In this document: positions 6,104 to 7,095 of the stretch, piece by piece | Position numbering within the stretch: position 1 is the first letter of the stretch | Layout of the letters: each line of letters begins with the position of its first letter | Virus record (IMG/VR): IMGVR_UViG_3300008223_000003 | Source of the DNA: a virus | DNA length: 7,095 nt | Direction: 5' to 3' (one strand) | Translations under genes and position numbers: made by a program | The notes under the pieces: model-generated | Database searches by the model: none | Seen by the model: only the letters and a program-made list of their open reading frames with translations | What the model was told of the DNA's origin: nothing

Positions 6104-6187
6104 CTGATTGTGAGGCTTACAAGGCATACTACGTACTTTAGCGTCGCCAAACTCCTAATCAGGACTACCAATAAAAAGCTATTCGCT

Positions 6188-6655
6188 TCATTTCGCCATC
6201 ATTTTTTTTGCCATCAATCTATTAAATCTTGAAGCGGTGCCTTTAAGTCCGAAAGAATTATCGTCAAGAAAGGATGTATCTTTGAAAAATAATTCAGAAC
6301 AAAAACCTCTCGAAATAAAAATGCCGTCATGATCAAAGTCTCTACCAAATATCTTTTTATATCTAACTTTTGACTCATAGCTATCATCGATAATAAACGG
6401 CATTTCAGGAATTGAACCAAACCAAGAAAAATCTTTAACCTCTTCGATCATTAAATAGTTAATCATGTAAGGGGCTAATGTTGGAGACTTCAAAGAGCTC
6501 ATTAATATAAAATCTGATGGCTCAATATCATATGACCAGACAAAAGAATCATCTTCAACACCTAAGCAATAAATTCTACAAGTATCATCATTGAGCAAAA
6601 CAGGACTTGGATTTGTTTTGCTATCGGTAAAGTCATATCCAATTATTTTAATCAT
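6188..6655 (-). CDS. 155-aa hypothetical cytoplasmic protein, downstream partner of the cargo pair
   Basis: AAGGGA lies 7 nt upstream of the ATG. The start overlaps the upstream gene stop by 8 nt (ATGATTAA). There is no signal peptide or TM segment. The protein is Asp-rich with a basic tail (RFNRLMAKKMMAK). I recognise no family motif. Confidence 0.75.
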   Translation of the reverse strand: MIKIIGYDFTDSKTNPSPVLLNDDTCRIYCLGVEDDSFVWSYDIEPSDFILMSSLKSPTLAPYMINYLMIEEVKDFSWFGSIPEMPFIIDDSYESKVRYKKIFGRDFDHDGIFISRGFCSELFFKDTSFLDDNSFGLKGTASRFNRLMAKKMMAK

Positions 6656-6923
6656 TTAAAAATCCCTTAATTTTATTTTCAAGTAATATTTTTTCAGAAA
6701 GAAGCTCTTTGAGTTCATTATAGTCAGCTTGTAAAGCTTCTAAATCACATTCTAATTCATATTTTGATTCTGTCTTATGCTGTGCCATTTGAAGCCACAT
6801 CACTATAGCGCTTGTGTCAGTTTTAAGATTCCAAGTCTTTTTTATATATTCCAAAGACTTTAGAGCCTCATTATGACTAGAAGTATTACCGTTAAGCCTT
6901 AAAGTTAGCGTTTTTGATGTCAT
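6648..6923 (-). CDS. 91-aa protein with a ribbon-helix-helix-like N-terminus and a coiled-coil-like C-terminus, upstream partner of the cargo pair
   Basis: AGGGA lies 7 nt upstream of the ATG. KTLTLRL looks like a beta strand, followed by helix-turn-helix-like segments (SSHNEALKSLEYIKKTW / TDTSAIVMWLQMAQ) in a CopG/Arc/ParD-like pattern. The C-terminus is heptad-like (LEALQADYNELKELLSEKILLENKIKGFL). The fold assignment comes from pattern reading only. Confidence 0.7.
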   Translation of the reverse strand: MTSKTLTLRLNGNTSSHNEALKSLEYIKKTWNLKTDTSAIVMWLQMAQHKTESKYELECDLEALQADYNELKELLSEKILLENKIKGFLND

Positions 6924-6972
6924 TTTGATGTCCCTGGGTTAGTTTAAATCGTTAATATGCTACCAAGATAAC

Positions 6973-7095
6973 ATTAATCTCCAGAAAAAAAAGGTTTTTT
7001 GCTATCAAAAAGATAAAAAGACGTTGATCAGGGCTATGAGGAAGTAATTTAATATCTAAATATGCGCCCATTAGAGTTATGAGCGCTATAAGAAA
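6973..7095. repeat. Terminal direct repeat, copy 2 (identical to 1-123)
   Basis: Same as copy 1. The window ends inside the repeat, as expected for a permuted circular assembly rather than att sites with host flanks. Confidence 0.95.

Larger units (their letters stand above)
5959..6162. repeat. Tandem direct duplication, 2 x 102 bp (100/102 identical)
   Basis: Copy 1 is 5959-6060 and copy 2 is 6061-6162. The only differences are unit position 8 (c vs a) and position 102 (a vs g). A short degenerate echo (aactcct) lies just upstream at about 5940. Confidence 0.95.
1..6972 (-). mobile_element. Unit-length circular genome of a filamentous ssDNA phage (inovirus), with Ff-like core genes and a divergent CTXphi-style repressor
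   Basis: The exact 123-bp terminal overlap gives a 6972-bp circle. The full Ff-order gene set (gpII-like, gpV-like, coat, pIII-like, pVI-position, pI/Zot) is tightly packed on one strand with stop/start overlaps. The size is typical of inoviruses. Confidence 0.9.

Noticed and set aside
5959-6162. A CRISPR array or a satellite or miniature transposable element
   Set aside because: There are only two directly abutting copies with no spacers, no terminal inverted repeats and no target-site duplication.
5938-6171. 77-aa minus-strand ORF with an internally repeated protein sequence
   Set aside because: It reads straight through the 102-bp tandem duplication, which explains the repeated peptide. 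It starts at a TTG with no RBS and lies in the origin-like noncoding region. It is almost certainly not a gene.
6163-6187. A terminator after the 155-aa gene (AAGC-gaata-GCTT followed by TTTATT on the minus strand)
   Set aside because: The stem is only 4 bp and AT-poor in stacking, which is too weak to call.
6214-6420. 68-aa minus-strand ORF nested in the 155-aa gene
   Set aside because: It is an out-of-frame nested ORF. The 155-aa frame has the strong SD and the coupling to the upstream gene.

Overview
This window is a complete, circularly permuted genome of a small filamentous ssDNA phage (inovirus). Bases 1-123 recur exactly at 6973-7095, so the unique unit is 6972 bp and the window looks like a circular contig with overlapping ends. 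It is AT-rich, and no host flanks are visible. The replication and morphogenesis genes lie on the minus strand in Ff (M13/f1) order. They run: gpII-type rolling-circle Rep with a conserved pX-type internal start, a gpV-like ssDNA-binding protein, a 79-aa membrane protein, the major coat protein (predicted mature N-terminus AEGD), an uncalled 30-aa hydrophobic ORF, an intrinsic terminator, a pIII-like adsorption protein, a pVI-position membrane protein, and the pI/Zot assembly ATPase. Across the circular junction sits a translationally coupled two-gene cargo cassette, a 91-aa ribbon-helix-helix-like protein followed by a 155-aa protein of unknown function. It occupies the slot where CTXphi carries ctxAB, and it is my best candidate for an undescribed accessory system. 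The main noncoding region (5862-6187) holds a near-perfect 2 x 102-bp tandem duplication. Each copy carries a hairpin that resembles the Ff gpII nick-site hairpin, so the plus-strand origin may be duplicated. The same region has a 73% G+C cluster of mutually exclusive hairpins. A 66-aa XRE-type HTH repressor-like gene on the plus strand sits back to back with rep, as rstR does with rstA. The short switch region between them contains nested palindromes. I see no secretin, integrase or transposase, tRNA, rRNA or CRISPR array. For three genes the ORF track extends to non-ATG starts (GTG, GTG, TTG), and I re-called them to downstream ATG codons. All homology statements rest on reading the translations and on recalled Ff protein and origin sequences. 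None is a database result.
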